Shown here one piece after another: positions 40,167 to 50,328 of a stretch of DNA of 64,000 nucleotides (position 1 is the stretch's first letter; every line of letters starts with the position of its first letter). This stretch comes from Gemmatimonadales bacterium (GTDB lineage Bacteria > Gemmatimonadota > Gemmatimonadetes > Gemmatimonadales > GWC2-71-9): assembly GCA_035763805.1 (NCBI GenBank), contig DASUAL010000077.1:9461-73460 (forward strand). The letters are read 5' to 3'. The notes beneath the pieces were generated by a model, which saw only the letters and a list, made by a program, of their open reading frames with translations, was not told the origin of the DNA and made no database searches. Both the position numbers and the translations under genes were made by a program.

Positions 40167-41369
40167 GCGGGCGAGCGCGTCGCCGACGGTGTGGAACGAG
40201 CCCGTGACGACCACCGTCTCGGCTCGATCCTGCACGACGTCGAGCGCGCGGTCGAAGTCGGGCTCGAGCGCGCAGGCGTGCGGCAGCGCCGCGAGCTGTG
40301 CGAGCTCGCGCTGCAGGCGGTGCAGGTCCCAGCGCCGCTTCGCGGGCGCCGTGTCGGGCATCGTGAATACGAATCCATCCACCTCCGGCGCGAGCCGCTC
40401 GATCATCCCGAGGTAGTCCTTGTCGCCGAGCACGCCCACGAGCGCGCGCCGGGGGCGCGGCGGATTGCAGTCACGCAGCGTGTCGGCGAGTACCCGCGCG
40501 CCGTCGGGGTTGTGCGCGACGTCGAAGATCCACTTCCCCCGCACGTCGAACCGCCCGGGGACATACGCCTGGGCGAAGCTGTCCGGCCACGCGTCGCCCA
40601 CGGGCCCGAACGGCGGCGGCAGTGTGTTGAGCGCTGCGAGGGCGACCCAGGCATTGGCGTACTGGTGTCGGCCCCGCAAGGCCAGGGCGCGCGGGGGCCG
40701 ACGCTCGGTGTCCACGAGGATCACCGGGTCCGCGCCCCGTCGCTCCGCCTCGTCCACCAGCGCCCGGCGCACGTCGGGATCGCGCTCGCCCGTTACGAAC
40801 GGTACCTCGGGCTTCGCGACGCCGGCCTTCTCACGCGCGATGGCGTGCAGGTCCGAGCCCAGGTAGTCGGTGTGCTCGAGGGCGATCTTGGTGACGACGC
40901 TGACGAGCGGCGTGATCACGTTGGTGGAGTCGAGCCGCCCCCCGAGCCCTACCTCGATCACCCCGACGTCCACGCGCCGGGCCGCGAGGTCGGCGAACGC
41001 AATCGCCGTGGTGGCCTCGAAGAAGCTGGCGTCGAGACGCTCGATGTGCGCCTTCAGGAAGCGCGTCCACTCGACGAACGCCTCCTCGCTGATAGGCACG
41101 CCGTCCACCACGACCCGCTCCCGTACCGTGACGAGGTGGGGCGACGTGTACACGCCGACGCGCAGCCCGCGTGCCTGGAGTTCTGCCGCCATGAAGGCGC
41201 ACGTCGAGCCCTTGCCGTTGGTGCCGGCGACGTGAACGCAGGGGAAGTGCCGCTCGGGGTGGCCGAGCACGTCGAGGAGCCCTTCGGTCGGCCCGAGGCT
41301 CCACTTGATACGGCTCCCTTGTCGCGCGAAGAGAAAGCGGCAGGTGTCCTCGAAGGACAGCCGGCTCAG
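40140..41369 (-). CDS. folC: Folylpolyglutamate synthase/dihydrofolate synthase
   Basis: HVAGTNGKGST, YTSPHL, EVGLGGRLDSTN, EKAG, DVAHNPDG. The conserved N-terminus requires a CTG start at 41369 (GGAGG 7 nt upstream). Confidence 0.92.
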   Translation of the reverse strand: MSRLSFEDTCRFLFARQGSRIKWSLGPTEGLLDVLGHPERHFPCVHVAGTNGKGSTCAFMAAELQARGLRVGVYTSPHLVTVRERVVVDGVPISEEAFVEWTRFLKAHIERLDASFFEATTAIAFADLAARRVDVGVIEVGLGGRLDSTNVITPLVSVVTKIALEHTDYLGSDLHAIAREKAGVAKPEVPFVTGERDPDVRRALVDEAERRGADPVILVDTERRPPRALALRGRHQYANAWVALAALNTLPPPFGPVGDAWPDSFAQAYVPGRFDVRGKWIFDVAHNPDGARVLADTLRDCNPPRPRRALVGVLGDKDYLGMIERLAPEVDGFVFTMPDTAPAKRRWDLHRLQRELAQLAALPHACALEPDFDRALDVVQDRAETVVVTGSFHTVGDALARLPGFAPVG

Positions 41370-42232
41370 TCGGCCGCCTCCGCCGGTCGCCGGCCGGCCA
41401 TGTGCCGGAGCAGCTGCGCGGTGGTATCCCGCAGCTCGCTGCGCGGAACCACGGCGTCCACCATGCCGTGCTCGAGCAGGAATTCGGCGGTCTGGAAACC
41501 CGGCGGCAGGTCCTGGCCGATAGTCTGCTTGATCACGCGGGGGCCCGCAAATCCGATCACGGCCCCCGGCTCGGCGAGGATCACGTCCCCCTGCATGGCG
41601 AAAGAGGCGGAAACGCCGCCCGTGGTCGGATTCGTGAGGATGGAGATGAACGGGACGGCGGCCGCGCGCAGGCGCGCGACTTCAACGGACGTCTTGGCCA
41701 TCTGCATGAGGGAGAGCACGCCTTCCTGCATCCGCGCGCCCCCCGACGCCGAAACGACGATGAGCGGGATCCCCTTCTCCGCCGAGCGCCGCGTCAGCCG
41801 GGCGACCTTCTCGCCCACCACCGACCCCATCGATCCGCCCATGAAGTTGAAGTCCATCACTGCGAGGTCGATGGGCATGCCGTCGAGCCGCGCGTACCCG
41901 CTCCGGACCGCCTCGAGCGGGCCCGCCTTCTGCACCGCGACGCCCAGGCGTTCGCGGTACTTCTCGAAGTCTAGGGGGTCGGTGGACTTGAGCTTGGCGT
42001 CCAGCTCGCGCCACGAACCTTCGTCGATCAACAGATCAATGTATTCCTGGGCGCTGATCCGGCGATGATGCCCGCAATTGGGGCAGACGTTCAATGCCCG
42101 GACGAACCGGTCCTTGATGTCGATGTGGCCGCACTCATCGCACTTCTCCCAGGCATCGGGCGGGATCTCCAGCTTGACCCGCTCCGACGTGCGCGGCTTC
42201 CGCTCCTTTTTGAACCAGGCCATTCGCGCCAT
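41366..42232 (-). CDS. accD: Acetyl-CoA carboxylase carboxyltransferase beta subunit
   Basis: WEKCDECG...CPNCG zinc finger, FMGGSMGSVVGEK, SGGARMQEG, PTTGGVSAS, FAGPRVI. Start may be 42223. Confidence 0.96.
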   Translation of the reverse strand: MARMAWFKKERKPRTSERVKLEIPPDAWEKCDECGHIDIKDRFVRALNVCPNCGHHRRISAQEYIDLLIDEGSWRELDAKLKSTDPLDFEKYRERLGVAVQKAGPLEAVRSGYARLDGMPIDLAVMDFNFMGGSMGSVVGEKVARLTRRSAEKGIPLIVVSASGGARMQEGVLSLMQMAKTSVEVARLRAAAVPFISILTNPTTGGVSASFAMQGDVILAEPGAVIGFAGPRVIKQTIGQDLPPGFQTAEFLLEHGMVDAVVPRSELRDTTAQLLRHMAGRRPAEAAD

Positions 42233-42304
42233 AGGAGGGTGAATGAAGGCGACAATTTGGGAGGGGGCCAGGACCGGCGCCAGTCCCGATCCCGTAACTC
42301 GTTG

Positions 42305-43552
42305 TCACAATTCGGCGTAGCCGGACTGGCGCGACTCCCAGGCGACCCGCAGCGCGATCCCGATCGCCACCGAGCAGGCGAGCAGGAACGAGCCACCGTA
42401 GGAGAAAAACGGCAGCGGGATGCCGGTGATGGGCAGCAGGTTCACCGTCATCCCGACGTTCTCGACGATATGAACGAACAGCATCCCCGCCACCCCGAAC
42501 ACGCAGAGGCTGGTATAGGGGTCTGTGGCGCGCCGCGCGACGCGCAGGAGGATGAGGATCAGCGCCGCGAATAGTGCCAGCGCCGTAACCACGCCGAGGA
42601 ACCCGAGCTCCTCTCCCACCACCGGGAAGATGAAGTCGGTGTGCTGAGCCGGGAGGTACGCGAGCCGCTTCTGGGGCCCGTGGGTGAACCCCTTGCCGAA
42701 CAAGCCCCCCGAGCCGATCGCGATCTTCGACTGGATGACGTGCCAGCCGGTGGCACGCGGGTCGACCTCCGGGTTCAGGAAGGCGAGCAGCCGGTTCTGC
42801 TGGTAGGGAGCGAGGTGACGCCACAACGGGAGGGCATAGGCTCCCGCCAGGAAGCTGAGCATCATCACCGCCAAGCCCTCCCACATGTAGGGGCGCCACC
42901 ACAACAGCAGGGCGAAGAGCAACACGATCCAGGAGCCCCAGGCGACCGTGGAGAACGCGAGCAGCAGGCTGATCACCGGTGAGGCGAGCAACAGCAGCAG
43001 AGAGGGCTTGGTTCCGGCCCAGAAGAGCATCGCGAAGAAGATCGCTACGAACACGATGGCGCTTCCGAGATCCGGCTGTGCCGCCACGAGCCCGAGCGGC
43101 ACCAACACGATAGCGATGGGGGGGAGGAGCTCCCGCAACGTGGCCGGCGGCTCGCGCCGCCCGGCGAGCCAGCGCGCGAGCATGAGGATCACGGCGAGCT
43201 TCGCGAGCTCGGCCGGTTGCCCGAGGCGCACTCCCCCGATCGTGATCCAGGACCTGCTCCCGGCCGCCGTCCCCGCACCGCTGCCCACCACGAGCGTGAA
43301 CAGGAGGATGACCACGCTGATGGCGTAGGCGTACGGCGTCGCCCACTCGAGCAGTCGCGGGGACACGCGGAACATCAGCACCGCTGCGACGACGCCGATC
43401 CCGAGCCAGAGCAGCTGCTTGTGCCAGATCCCGGCTACGAACGTGGGCACGTCGGTCTGTCCCGCGGAGTACAGCGTCGCCAGGCCGTAGCCGGCGAGCA
43501 CGAGAGCGACGCTGGCGAGCGGCCTATCGATCTCGCGGAGGCGGAGTCGCAT
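42305..43552 (-). CDS. rodA: Rod shape-determining protein RodA
   Basis: SEDS motifs GSRSWI, QPAEL, QPDLG, YQQNR, QSKIAIGSGG, HTDFIF, PFFSYGGS. ATG at 43552. Confidence 0.95.
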   Translation of the reverse strand: MRLRLREIDRPLASVALVLAGYGLATLYSAGQTDVPTFVAGIWHKQLLWLGIGVVAAVLMFRVSPRLLEWATPYAYAISVVILLFTLVVGSGAGTAAGSRSWITIGGVRLGQPAELAKLAVILMLARWLAGRREPPATLRELLPPIAIVLVPLGLVAAQPDLGSAIVFVAIFFAMLFWAGTKPSLLLLLASPVISLLLAFSTVAWGSWIVLLFALLLWWRPYMWEGLAVMMLSFLAGAYALPLWRHLAPYQQNRLLAFLNPEVDPRATGWHVIQSKIAIGSGGLFGKGFTHGPQKRLAYLPAQHTDFIFPVVGEELGFLGVVTALALFAALILILLRVARRATDPYTSLCVFGVAGMLFVHIVENVGMTVNLLPITGIPLPFFSYGGSFLLACSVAIGIALRVAWESRQSGYAEL

Positions 43553-45416
43553 CGGTCGTGTCGGCGGGCGTAGTGTCGCGGGCGGTCGTGTCTTCCTCCG
43601 GTATGCCGGGGAGAATCGACGTCGGTTGCGGGGCGGTGTCCGCAGGGAGGGCCTCCCTGATACGCACGGCCACGGTCGTATCGGCGCCGAGGTATCGCGC
43701 CACCACGCGCGCAACGAGGGGCGCCACCGCTGAGCCGTGCCGCCAGAACTCCACGATAGCTCCGACGACGATCTCCGGCTTATCCGCGGGCGCGAACCCG
43801 ATGAACCAGCCGTGATCCGGGCCGTGCGGGTTCTGGGAGGTCGCCGTCTTGCCGGCGATCGTGACCGCTTTGAGCCGGGCGCCGCGCGCCGTGCCGCGCT
43901 CGACCACGTTGATCATCGCCTGCCGCAGCCCGGCGAGCTGGTCGGGCGAGAGGCCCAGGCTCGCGCTCGTGCTGGCCGCCGGCCGGACGATGTAGGGGGA
44001 GCGGGCGTGCCCGTCGCTCGCCAGCATCTGGTAGAACCGCACCATGTTGACGAGTGTCTGCGCGTTCTCCCCTTGGCCGATCGCGAGGTTCAGCGTCACG
44101 GCCGAGGTCCAGCGGCGCGGGCCGTAGAAGCGGTCGTAGTAGTCGGTCCCCGCTGGGAACTCGGACGTGATCTCGCCGGGCAGGTCGATCCCGGTGCGCG
44201 TGCGGAACCCCAGGGCGGTGGCGTCCTCGAGCAGCGACGTCAGGCCGATCTTGAGCCCGAGTTGGTAGAAGTACACGTCGCAGCTCTGCGCGATCGCGTC
44301 GCTGAGCGGCAGGTCGCCGTGCCCAGCGGCGTCCCAGCATCGGAAAAAGCGATTGCCGTACTGCAGCCCGCCCCGGCACGGGATCGGCATCCGGCTCCGG
44401 AAGTTGACGATCCCGCGCTTGAGAGCGATCGCCGCCATGGCCAGCTTCCACGCGGAGCCGGGGGGATAGCGCGCCTGGATCGTTCGGTCGAACAGCGGGT
44501 GGCTCTCGCTCTCGCTGAGGCGCCGCCAGTAGTCGGGATCGACCCCGCCGACGAATGCGTTGGGATCGAAGCCCGGCGAGCTGTAGAGGGCGAGGACCTC
44601 CCCGGTGTTGGGGTTGAGCGCCAGCAGCGCGCCGCGCTGCCCCGCCGGGAAGATGTCGGCGACGTAGCGCTGCAGGTCGAGGTCGATGGTCGTGTGCAAC
44701 GGCTTCCCGGCCACCGGGGCGAGCCGCGACGCGGGGTCGGCCTCCCGCACCACGTGGCCGAGGGCGCTCACCTCCACGAACCGGACGCCGTCGGCGCCGC
44801 GGAGCGAGTCGTCATACTGGCGCTCCAGCCCGTGCTTCCCCACGAGGCCGCCGAGCCGCACCGCTGCGAATCGGCGCTGGGAGCGCTCCGTCTCCGTCAC
44901 CTCACCCACGTAGCCCACGAGGTGGGCCACCAGCCCCGAGTCCGGATAGAAGCGCTTGGGCTCGGGCTGGATGAGCAACCCGGGAAAGATCAGCCGCCGC
45001 TCCTCCAGCGCCGACACCACGTCGAACGTGGCGCGGGGCAGCACCATCACCGGCAGATACGGGGCCCGTTGGTAGCGGCTCAGGATGTGCTCGATCCCGA
45101 GGCTGTCCAGCTTGACGATCGGTGCGATGCGCGTGAGCGTGGCGCGCAACGAGTCCTGGTTGCCCGGGAGCAGCGACACCGTATAACCCGGGACGTTCTC
45201 GGCGAGGACTCTGCCGTTGCGGTCGGTGATGATGCCGCGCGGCGCGGGCAGCGGGATGGGCCGCAAGCGGTTCGTTTCGGACTGGAGCTCGTACTTGCCG
45301 TGCTCGAGGATCTGGGTGCGGAAGAACACGAGCACCACCACGCCCGTCACCGTCCACACGACGGCCCGCACCACGCGCAGGCGGCGATCGAGCAGGTGCG
45401 GGTGGAAGACGTTCAT
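43524..45416 (-). CDS. mrdA: Penicillin-binding protein 2
   Basis: PAPRGIITDRNG, YPPGSAWK (SxxK), SCDVYFY, AGKTATSQ. ATG at 45416. Confidence 0.95.
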   Translation of the reverse strand: MNVFHPHLLDRRLRVVRAVVWTVTGVVVLVFFRTQILEHGKYELQSETNRLRPIPLPAPRGIITDRNGRVLAENVPGYTVSLLPGNQDSLRATLTRIAPIVKLDSLGIEHILSRYQRAPYLPVMVLPRATFDVVSALEERRLIFPGLLIQPEPKRFYPDSGLVAHLVGYVGEVTETERSQRRFAAVRLGGLVGKHGLERQYDDSLRGADGVRFVEVSALGHVVREADPASRLAPVAGKPLHTTIDLDLQRYVADIFPAGQRGALLALNPNTGEVLALYSSPGFDPNAFVGGVDPDYWRRLSESESHPLFDRTIQARYPPGSAWKLAMAAIALKRGIVNFRSRMPIPCRGGLQYGNRFFRCWDAAGHGDLPLSDAIAQSCDVYFYQLGLKIGLTSLLEDATALGFRTRTGIDLPGEITSEFPAGTDYYDRFYGPRRWTSAVTLNLAIGQGENAQTLVNMVRFYQMLASDGHARSPYIVRPAASTSASLGLSPDQLAGLRQAMINVVERGTARGARLKAVTIAGKTATSQNPHGPDHGWFIGFAPADKPEIVVGAIVEFWRHGSAVAPLVARVVARYLGADTTVAVRIREALPADTAPQPTSILPGIPEEDTTARDTTPADTTDATPPPRDR

Positions 45417-45910
45417 GCGTCGCTCAGACGGATCGCGAGGTGGCGCCCGAACAGCCACAGCACCAACATGCCCGCGACCGCCGTCGTGAGGCTCTGCAGC
45501 GGCGACCACACGAGCAGCTCCCAGCCCAGTACGCCGGCCGTCAGCTTTCCCGAGAAGAGCGCCACCACGAGATTCCGGAACCAGGTCCCCGCGAAGAACA
45601 GCCACCCGTTCACGAACAGATTCTCCGCGAAGAAGACCGCCTTGCTCCAGGACGAGAGATAGCCGATCACCGTGTGCGCCAGCGCCCCGACGCCGAACGA
45701 TGCAGGCGTCAGCGCGTCGCGCAACAGTCCGACCAGGAATCCCACGCCCGCGCTCGGGCCGGGCTGGGCCCGGATCGTGTAGATCAGCAGCGCCAGCAGC
45801 AGGAAATCCGGTGCGATCCGCTCGTCGCCCAGCCGGCCACGCACCGAGAACTGCAGCACGACGAGGCCCGCGAGGATCACGAAGAAGCGGTACTTGTCGC
45901 TGCGCCTCAC
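45413..45910 (-). CDS. mreD: Rod shape-determining protein MreD
   Basis: Hydrophobic, PDFLL, GFLVGLLRD. Lies between mreC and mrdA. Confidence 0.9.
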   Translation of the reverse strand: MRRSDKYRFFVILAGLVVLQFSVRGRLGDERIAPDFLLLALLIYTIRAQPGPSAGVGFLVGLLRDALTPASFGVGALAHTVIGYLSSWSKAVFFAENLFVNGWLFFAGTWFRNLVVALFSGKLTAGVLGWELLVWSPLQSLTTAVAGMLVLWLFGRHLAIRLSDA

Positions 45911-46758
45911 GGCGTCTTCCCCTCCGACTGGAACGCCGCTCGCAGGTCACCACGGATCGATTGCCCGGTGAGAATCATCACGTGGGTAACCGCTGCAGGG
46001 TGCACTGCCGGCCGGACGAGGTAGGTGCGCTCCCAGCCTTCCGCTTCCCCAGCCACCCGCACTACGGCACCGATCCGGATGCCGCGGGGCAGGACGCCGC
46101 CCAGGCCCGAGGTGATGATCGGCGTCCCATCCGGTACGAGCTGCCGGTACGGCACGCCCTGGAGCTCGAGCAGCCAGCTCCAAGGTCCGTCACTGCCGTA
46201 CGGCGCGACGATGCCGTACACGCTGCCATCCTCCGCCATGGCACTGGCGCGGAATTCCGGGTGCGCCCACGTGACCACCACGCTCGTCTGGGCATCCACG
46301 GATCCGACCATCCCGACGAGTCCCTCCGGGCTGACCACGGCTGCCAGCGGCTTGACGCCTCTGGCCCGCCCGGCGGAGACCACGAACGTGAGCGCGTTGG
46401 TGGGCTCTGCCTGGTGCAGCACTTCCGCCGGCACGTAGCCCGATGCAAGGCGCGCCCCGAGGCCGAGCAGGCTCCGCAGTCGCTCGTTCTCGCTGCGCAG
46501 CTCCGGAAGGAATGTGGCGGCGAGCGCGGCCGAATCGCGCTGGGCGACCACCGCGTCGTAGCGCTCCAGCGAGGCGGACAGCAGCTCGGTCTGCTGCTGC
46601 AGCGCCAGGAACGGCGCGAGCACCGTCTGGCGCAGCGCGCGCGCAAACGGATCGCGGAGGCGATCCGGCAGGCTCATCGCGGCGAGGGACAGGAGGACGC
46701 ACCCGATGAAGACGAGGGTGTCGGCGCGTGACGCGTAGCGGTCCGCTGCGAGCGCCAT
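45907..46758 (-). CDS. mreC: Rod shape-determining protein MreC
   Basis: Coiled coil LRSENERLRSLL, GLVG, ITSGLGGVLPRGI. Confidence 0.93.
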   Translation of the reverse strand: MALAADRYASRADTLVFIGCVLLSLAAMSLPDRLRDPFARALRQTVLAPFLALQQQTELLSASLERYDAVVAQRDSAALAATFLPELRSENERLRSLLGLGARLASGYVPAEVLHQAEPTNALTFVVSAGRARGVKPLAAVVSPEGLVGMVGSVDAQTSVVVTWAHPEFRASAMAEDGSVYGIVAPYGSDGPWSWLLELQGVPYRQLVPDGTPIITSGLGGVLPRGIRIGAVVRVAGEAEGWERTYLVRPAVHPAAVTHVMILTGQSIRGDLRAAFQSEGKTP

Positions 46759-46762
46759 CCCG

Positions 46763-47806
46763 CTAGGTCGTCAGGACGTTGCGGTACTTCTCCGGATCGT
46801 CGAGGATGCGACCCGTGCCGCGCACGACGCAGGTCATGGGGTCCTCGTCGAGGTGAATCGGCAGGCCGGTCTCCTGCTGGAGCAGCACGTCGAGCCCCCG
46901 GATCAGGGCGCCACCGCCGGTCATGACGATGCCCCGGTCCACGATGTCGCTCGCGAGCTCAGGCGGAGTGATCTCCAGCGCGCGGCGTACGGCATCGACG
47001 ATCTGCTGGATCGGCTCCTGCACGGCCTCGCGGATCTCGCTCGAGTGCACGCGCACGATCTTCGGGATCCCGGAGACGAGGTCGCGCCCCTTGACTTCCA
47101 TCTCGCGCTCCTCGCCCACAGGGGCGGCGGACCCGATCTGGATCTTGATCTGCTCGGCCGTAGGCTCGCCGATCAGCAGGTTATAGTTCTTGCGCATGAA
47201 CTGGACGATCGCCTGATCCAGCTCGTCCCCACCCGTCCGGATCGAGGTGTCGGACACGATCCCCGAGAGCGCGATCACCGCGATCTCGGTCGTGCCGCCG
47301 CCGATGTCGATGACCATGTTGCCCGTAGGGGTCTCGACCGGCAGGCCCACCCCGATCGCGGCCGCCATCGGCTCGGCGACCATGTAGACCTCCTTGGCCC
47401 CGGCTGACTGGGCGGAATCGCGCACGGCGCGCTTCTCCACCTCCGTGATCCCGCTCGGCACGCACACGATCACCTTGGGCTTCACGCGGAACAGATGGCG
47501 GTCGATGATGGTCTTCAGGAAGAAGCGGAGCATCTTCTCGGTGACGTCGAAGTCGGCAATCACGCCGTCCTTGAGCGGTCGCACCGCGAGGATGCCGTCG
47601 GGAGTCCGGCCCAGCATCCGCTTCGCTTCGAGCCCGATCCCCTTGATCTTCCCCGTGGACTTCTCGATCGCCACGACGGACGGCTCGTTCAGGACGATGC
47701 CCTCGCCCTTCACGTAGATCAGGGTGTTGGCGGTGCCCAAGTCCACGGCAATCTCATTTGCCGGACTCCAGGCACCGAGCTTCAAATTCGGCCAGCGTAG
47801 CGGCAC
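46763..47806 (-). CDS. mreB: Rod shape-determining protein MreB
   Basis: [49 protein letters not shown]. Confidence 0.97.
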   Translation of the reverse strand: MPLRWPNLKLGAWSPANEIAVDLGTANTLIYVKGEGIVLNEPSVVAIEKSTGKIKGIGLEAKRMLGRTPDGILAVRPLKDGVIADFDVTEKMLRFFLKTIIDRHLFRVKPKVIVCVPSGITEVEKRAVRDSAQSAGAKEVYMVAEPMAAAIGVGLPVETPTGNMVIDIGGGTTEIAVIALSGIVSDTSIRTGGDELDQAIVQFMRKNYNLLIGEPTAEQIKIQIGSAAPVGEEREMEVKGRDLVSGIPKIVRVHSSEIREAVQEPIQQIVDAVRRALEITPPELASDIVDRGIVMTGGGALIRGLDVLLQQETGLPIHLDEDPMTCVVRGTGRILDDPEKYRNVLTT

Positions 47807-47901
47807 GAGGGCACGAGGTCGTCGGGTGAAAGTTGGTAAGGCGGGCGCGGCCTTGGGCGCATCAAGCTAATGAAAAGCGTAACTCCAAGCAAGGCTGATG
47901 C

Positions 47902-47930
47902 TTGACGCCCCTCACGACCACCGCTAGCGT
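47902..47930 (+). promoter_or_regulatory. Leaderless-type sigma70 promoter of the ferredoxin-GGR-fabI unit
   Basis: TTGACG-N17-TAGCGT, then 6 nt to ATG at 47937. Confidence 0.6.
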
Positions 47931-47936
47931 ACGGCC

Positions 47937-48137
47937 ATGCGACCCGCGCTGGCGGCCGAAGTGGCGGTAGTGGACCTGGAGCTGTGCGACCGCTGCGGCC
48001 TGTGCCTGCCACTCTGTCCCCCCGAAGCGATCCACCTGGAGTTCAACGATCTGGTGGTGGATCGGACCACCTGCACCGGCTGCCGGAAATGCGTCGCGCC
48101 CTGCCCCGTGGGCGCGCTGGCGATGGTCCATGCCTGA
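47937..48137 (+). CDS. 2[4Fe-4S] ferredoxin
   Basis: CDRCGLCLPLCP and CTGCRKCVAPCP. Confidence 0.9.
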   Translation: MRPALAAEVAVVDLELCDRCGLCLPLCPPEAIHLEFNDLVVDRTTCTGCRKCVAPCPVGALAMVHA

Positions 48138-49305
48138 CGTCGATGTCCTCGTCGTGGGCGCCGGTCCAGCCGGCTGCGTCGCCGCGCGGGAAAGCAAGCA
48201 GGCGGCGCCCGAGCTCGACGTGGTGTTGCTCGAGCGCGACAGGGCGGTGGGCGCGCCGGTGCGTTGCGCCGAAGGCGTGGGCGACGCTGGCCTGCGCGAA
48301 TTCGTCAGCCCGGACGGGGCGCCGTGGGTGGCCCGCAAGATCACCCGCGTGATCTTCATCGCGCCCGACGATACGGAAGTGAAGGTGGCGGAGCGCGACG
48401 TTGGCTGGATCCTCGACCGCACGCGATTCGACGCGTTCCTCGCGGGAGCGGCATGCGCGGAGGGGGCGGAACTGCTCGTGGGCACCGAGGCCGCGGGGAT
48501 GGAGCGCGCCCCCGATGGGCGCTGGGACGTCCGGGTGCGCGGCCCCTACGGCGAGGCCACCTATCGGGCCAAGCTCGTGGTAGGCGCCGACGGAGTCGAG
48601 GCGATGGTCGGCCGCTGGGCCGGGCTCGATACCCGCGTGCCCGCGCGCGACATGGAGTCGTGTGCCCAGTACGTCATTCAGGGAATCGAGTTCGACCCGG
48701 ACGCCATCTACCTCCAGTTCGGGCGCCGCATCGCGCCGGGCGGGTACGCCTGGATCTTCCCCAAGGGCGTCGGGATCGCGAACGTCGGGCTCGGCATGGT
48801 CGCCCTGAAGAGCGACGGGCGGAACGCCCGTGAGTACCTCGACGCCTGGATCGCCCGGCGCTACCCCCGGGGCGCGCGCACCGCCTACACCGTAGGCGGC
48901 GTCATCGTCCACACCACGGTCAGGCAGACGTACACCGACGGGGTGCTGGTCGCGGGCGACGCGGCCCACATGATCAACCCGCTGTCCGGCGGCGGGATCG
49001 TGAATGCCATGAAGGCCGGCCGGCTCGCCGGCCGCACCGCCGCCGCCGCGGTCCGCACGGGAGACACGAGCGCGCGTGCCCTCGCGGCCTTCCATGCGAG
49101 CTGGATGGACCTGCTGGGCGAGGACCACCTCAAGTACTACCGCATCAAGCGGGGGCTCGAGGAGCTGGACGACGAGTTCTTCAACTCACTGGCGCGCACG
49201 GTGAACCGGATCCCGCCGCACGAGCGCACGCTCGGCCGGATCTTCACGCACGCGCTGGTGCGGCATCCGCAGCTGATCCCGGTGGCGGCGAGGTTCTTCG
49301 TGTGA
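48130..49305 (+). CDS. Geranylgeranyl reductase family flavoprotein (DGGGPL-reductase-like)
   Basis: VVGAGPAG, APVRCAEG, DRTRFD, PGGYAWIFPKG, ANVGLG, GDAAHMINPLSGGGI. Confidence 0.88.
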   Translation: MPDVDVLVVGAGPAGCVAARESKQAAPELDVVLLERDRAVGAPVRCAEGVGDAGLREFVSPDGAPWVARKITRVIFIAPDDTEVKVAERDVGWILDRTRFDAFLAGAACAEGAELLVGTEAAGMERAPDGRWDVRVRGPYGEATYRAKLVVGADGVEAMVGRWAGLDTRVPARDMESCAQYVIQGIEFDPDAIYLQFGRRIAPGGYAWIFPKGVGIANVGLGMVALKSDGRNAREYLDAWIARRYPRGARTAYTVGGVIVHTTVRQTYTDGVLVAGDAAHMINPLSGGGIVNAMKAGRLAGRTAAAAVRTGDTSARALAAFHASWMDLLGEDHLKYYRIKRGLEELDDEFFNSLARTVNRIPPHERTLGRIFTHALVRHPQLIPVAARFFV

Positions 49306-49409
49306 CAATGCGGAACGCGGAGTGCCAAATGCAGAACGGCAATGAAGGGTCGTTCGCGGCATGACGCGAGTCCGTCCATTCCGCATTCCGCATTCCACAT
49401 TCCGCATTG
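49306..49409. repeat. Inverted heptamer-array hairpin (AATGCGG)n...(CCGCATT)n
   Basis: Four degenerate AATGCGG units start 1 nt after the stop. Four CCRCATT units at 49381-49408. Same unit as at 12567. Confidence 0.85.
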
Positions 49410-49421
49410 GGGGCGGGGGCG

Positions 49422-50324
49422 ATGCTCGCGATTGATCTCCGGGGGAAGCGGGCTCTGGTTGCGGGGGTGGCGGATGATGGCGGCTACGGATTCGCCATCG
49501 CCAAGGCTCTCGCCGAAGCGGGCGCGACGGTCTGCACGGGGACCTGGCCCCCGGCGTTGAACATTTTCCTCAACCTGCTCGAACGACGCAAGATCGACGA
49601 GGCCCGGCGGATGTCGGACGGCTCGTTGCTCACGTTCGAGAAGATCTACCCGCTCGACGCAGCCTACGACACGCTCGCCGACGCCCCCGAGGACGTGCGC
49701 ACCAACAAGCGCTATAAGGATGTGGGCGACTTTTCCGTGTCCGGGCTGGCGCAACGTTTCACGCAAGACTTCGGCGACACGCCGCTCGACATCGTGGTTC
49801 ATTCGCTCGCCAACGGCCCCGAGGTGAAAAAGCCGCTGCTCGAGACGAGTCGCGGGGGCTACCTCACCGCGGTGAGCGTGAGCGCCTATTCGCTCGTGTC
49901 CATGGTCGCGCGCCTGGGGCCGCTGATGCGGCCCGGCGGGTCGTTCCTGTCGCTCACCTACATGGCCGGCGAGCGAGTGGTCCCGGGCTACGGCGGCGGG
50001 ATGTCGTCGGCCAAGGCTGCGCTCGAGAGCGACACCCGCACGCTCGCGTTCGAGGCGGGGCGGAAGTACGGGCTGCGCGTGAACACGATCTCGGCGGGCC
50101 CGCTCGCCTCCCGCGCCGCGAGCGCGATCGGCAAGATCGAGAAGATGGTGGCGTACTACGCGGCGAACGCCCCGCTAACGGAGCCGCTCACGGCCGGAGA
50201 GGTCGGCACCACCGCGGCGTTTCTCGCAAGCCCGCTCGCGAGCGGCATCACTGGGGCGACGATCTACGTGGACAAGGGGTACCATGCGATGGGTGTTGCG
50301 GTGACGGGGGGAAACCTGCTGTAA
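49422..50324 (+). CDS. fabI: Enoyl-ACP reductase (chlamydial/plastid-type FabI)
   Basis: [59 protein letters not shown]. Confidence 0.92.
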   Translation: MLAIDLRGKRALVAGVADDGGYGFAIAKALAEAGATVCTGTWPPALNIFLNLLERRKIDEARRMSDGSLLTFEKIYPLDAAYDTLADAPEDVRTNKRYKDVGDFSVSGLAQRFTQDFGDTPLDIVVHSLANGPEVKKPLLETSRGGYLTAVSVSAYSLVSMVARLGPLMRPGGSFLSLTYMAGERVVPGYGGGMSSAKAALESDTRTLAFEAGRKYGLRVNTISAGPLASRAASAIGKIEKMVAYYAANAPLTEPLTAGEVGTTAAFLASPLASGITGATIYVDKGYHAMGVAVTGGNLL

Positions 50325-50328
50325 CGGC

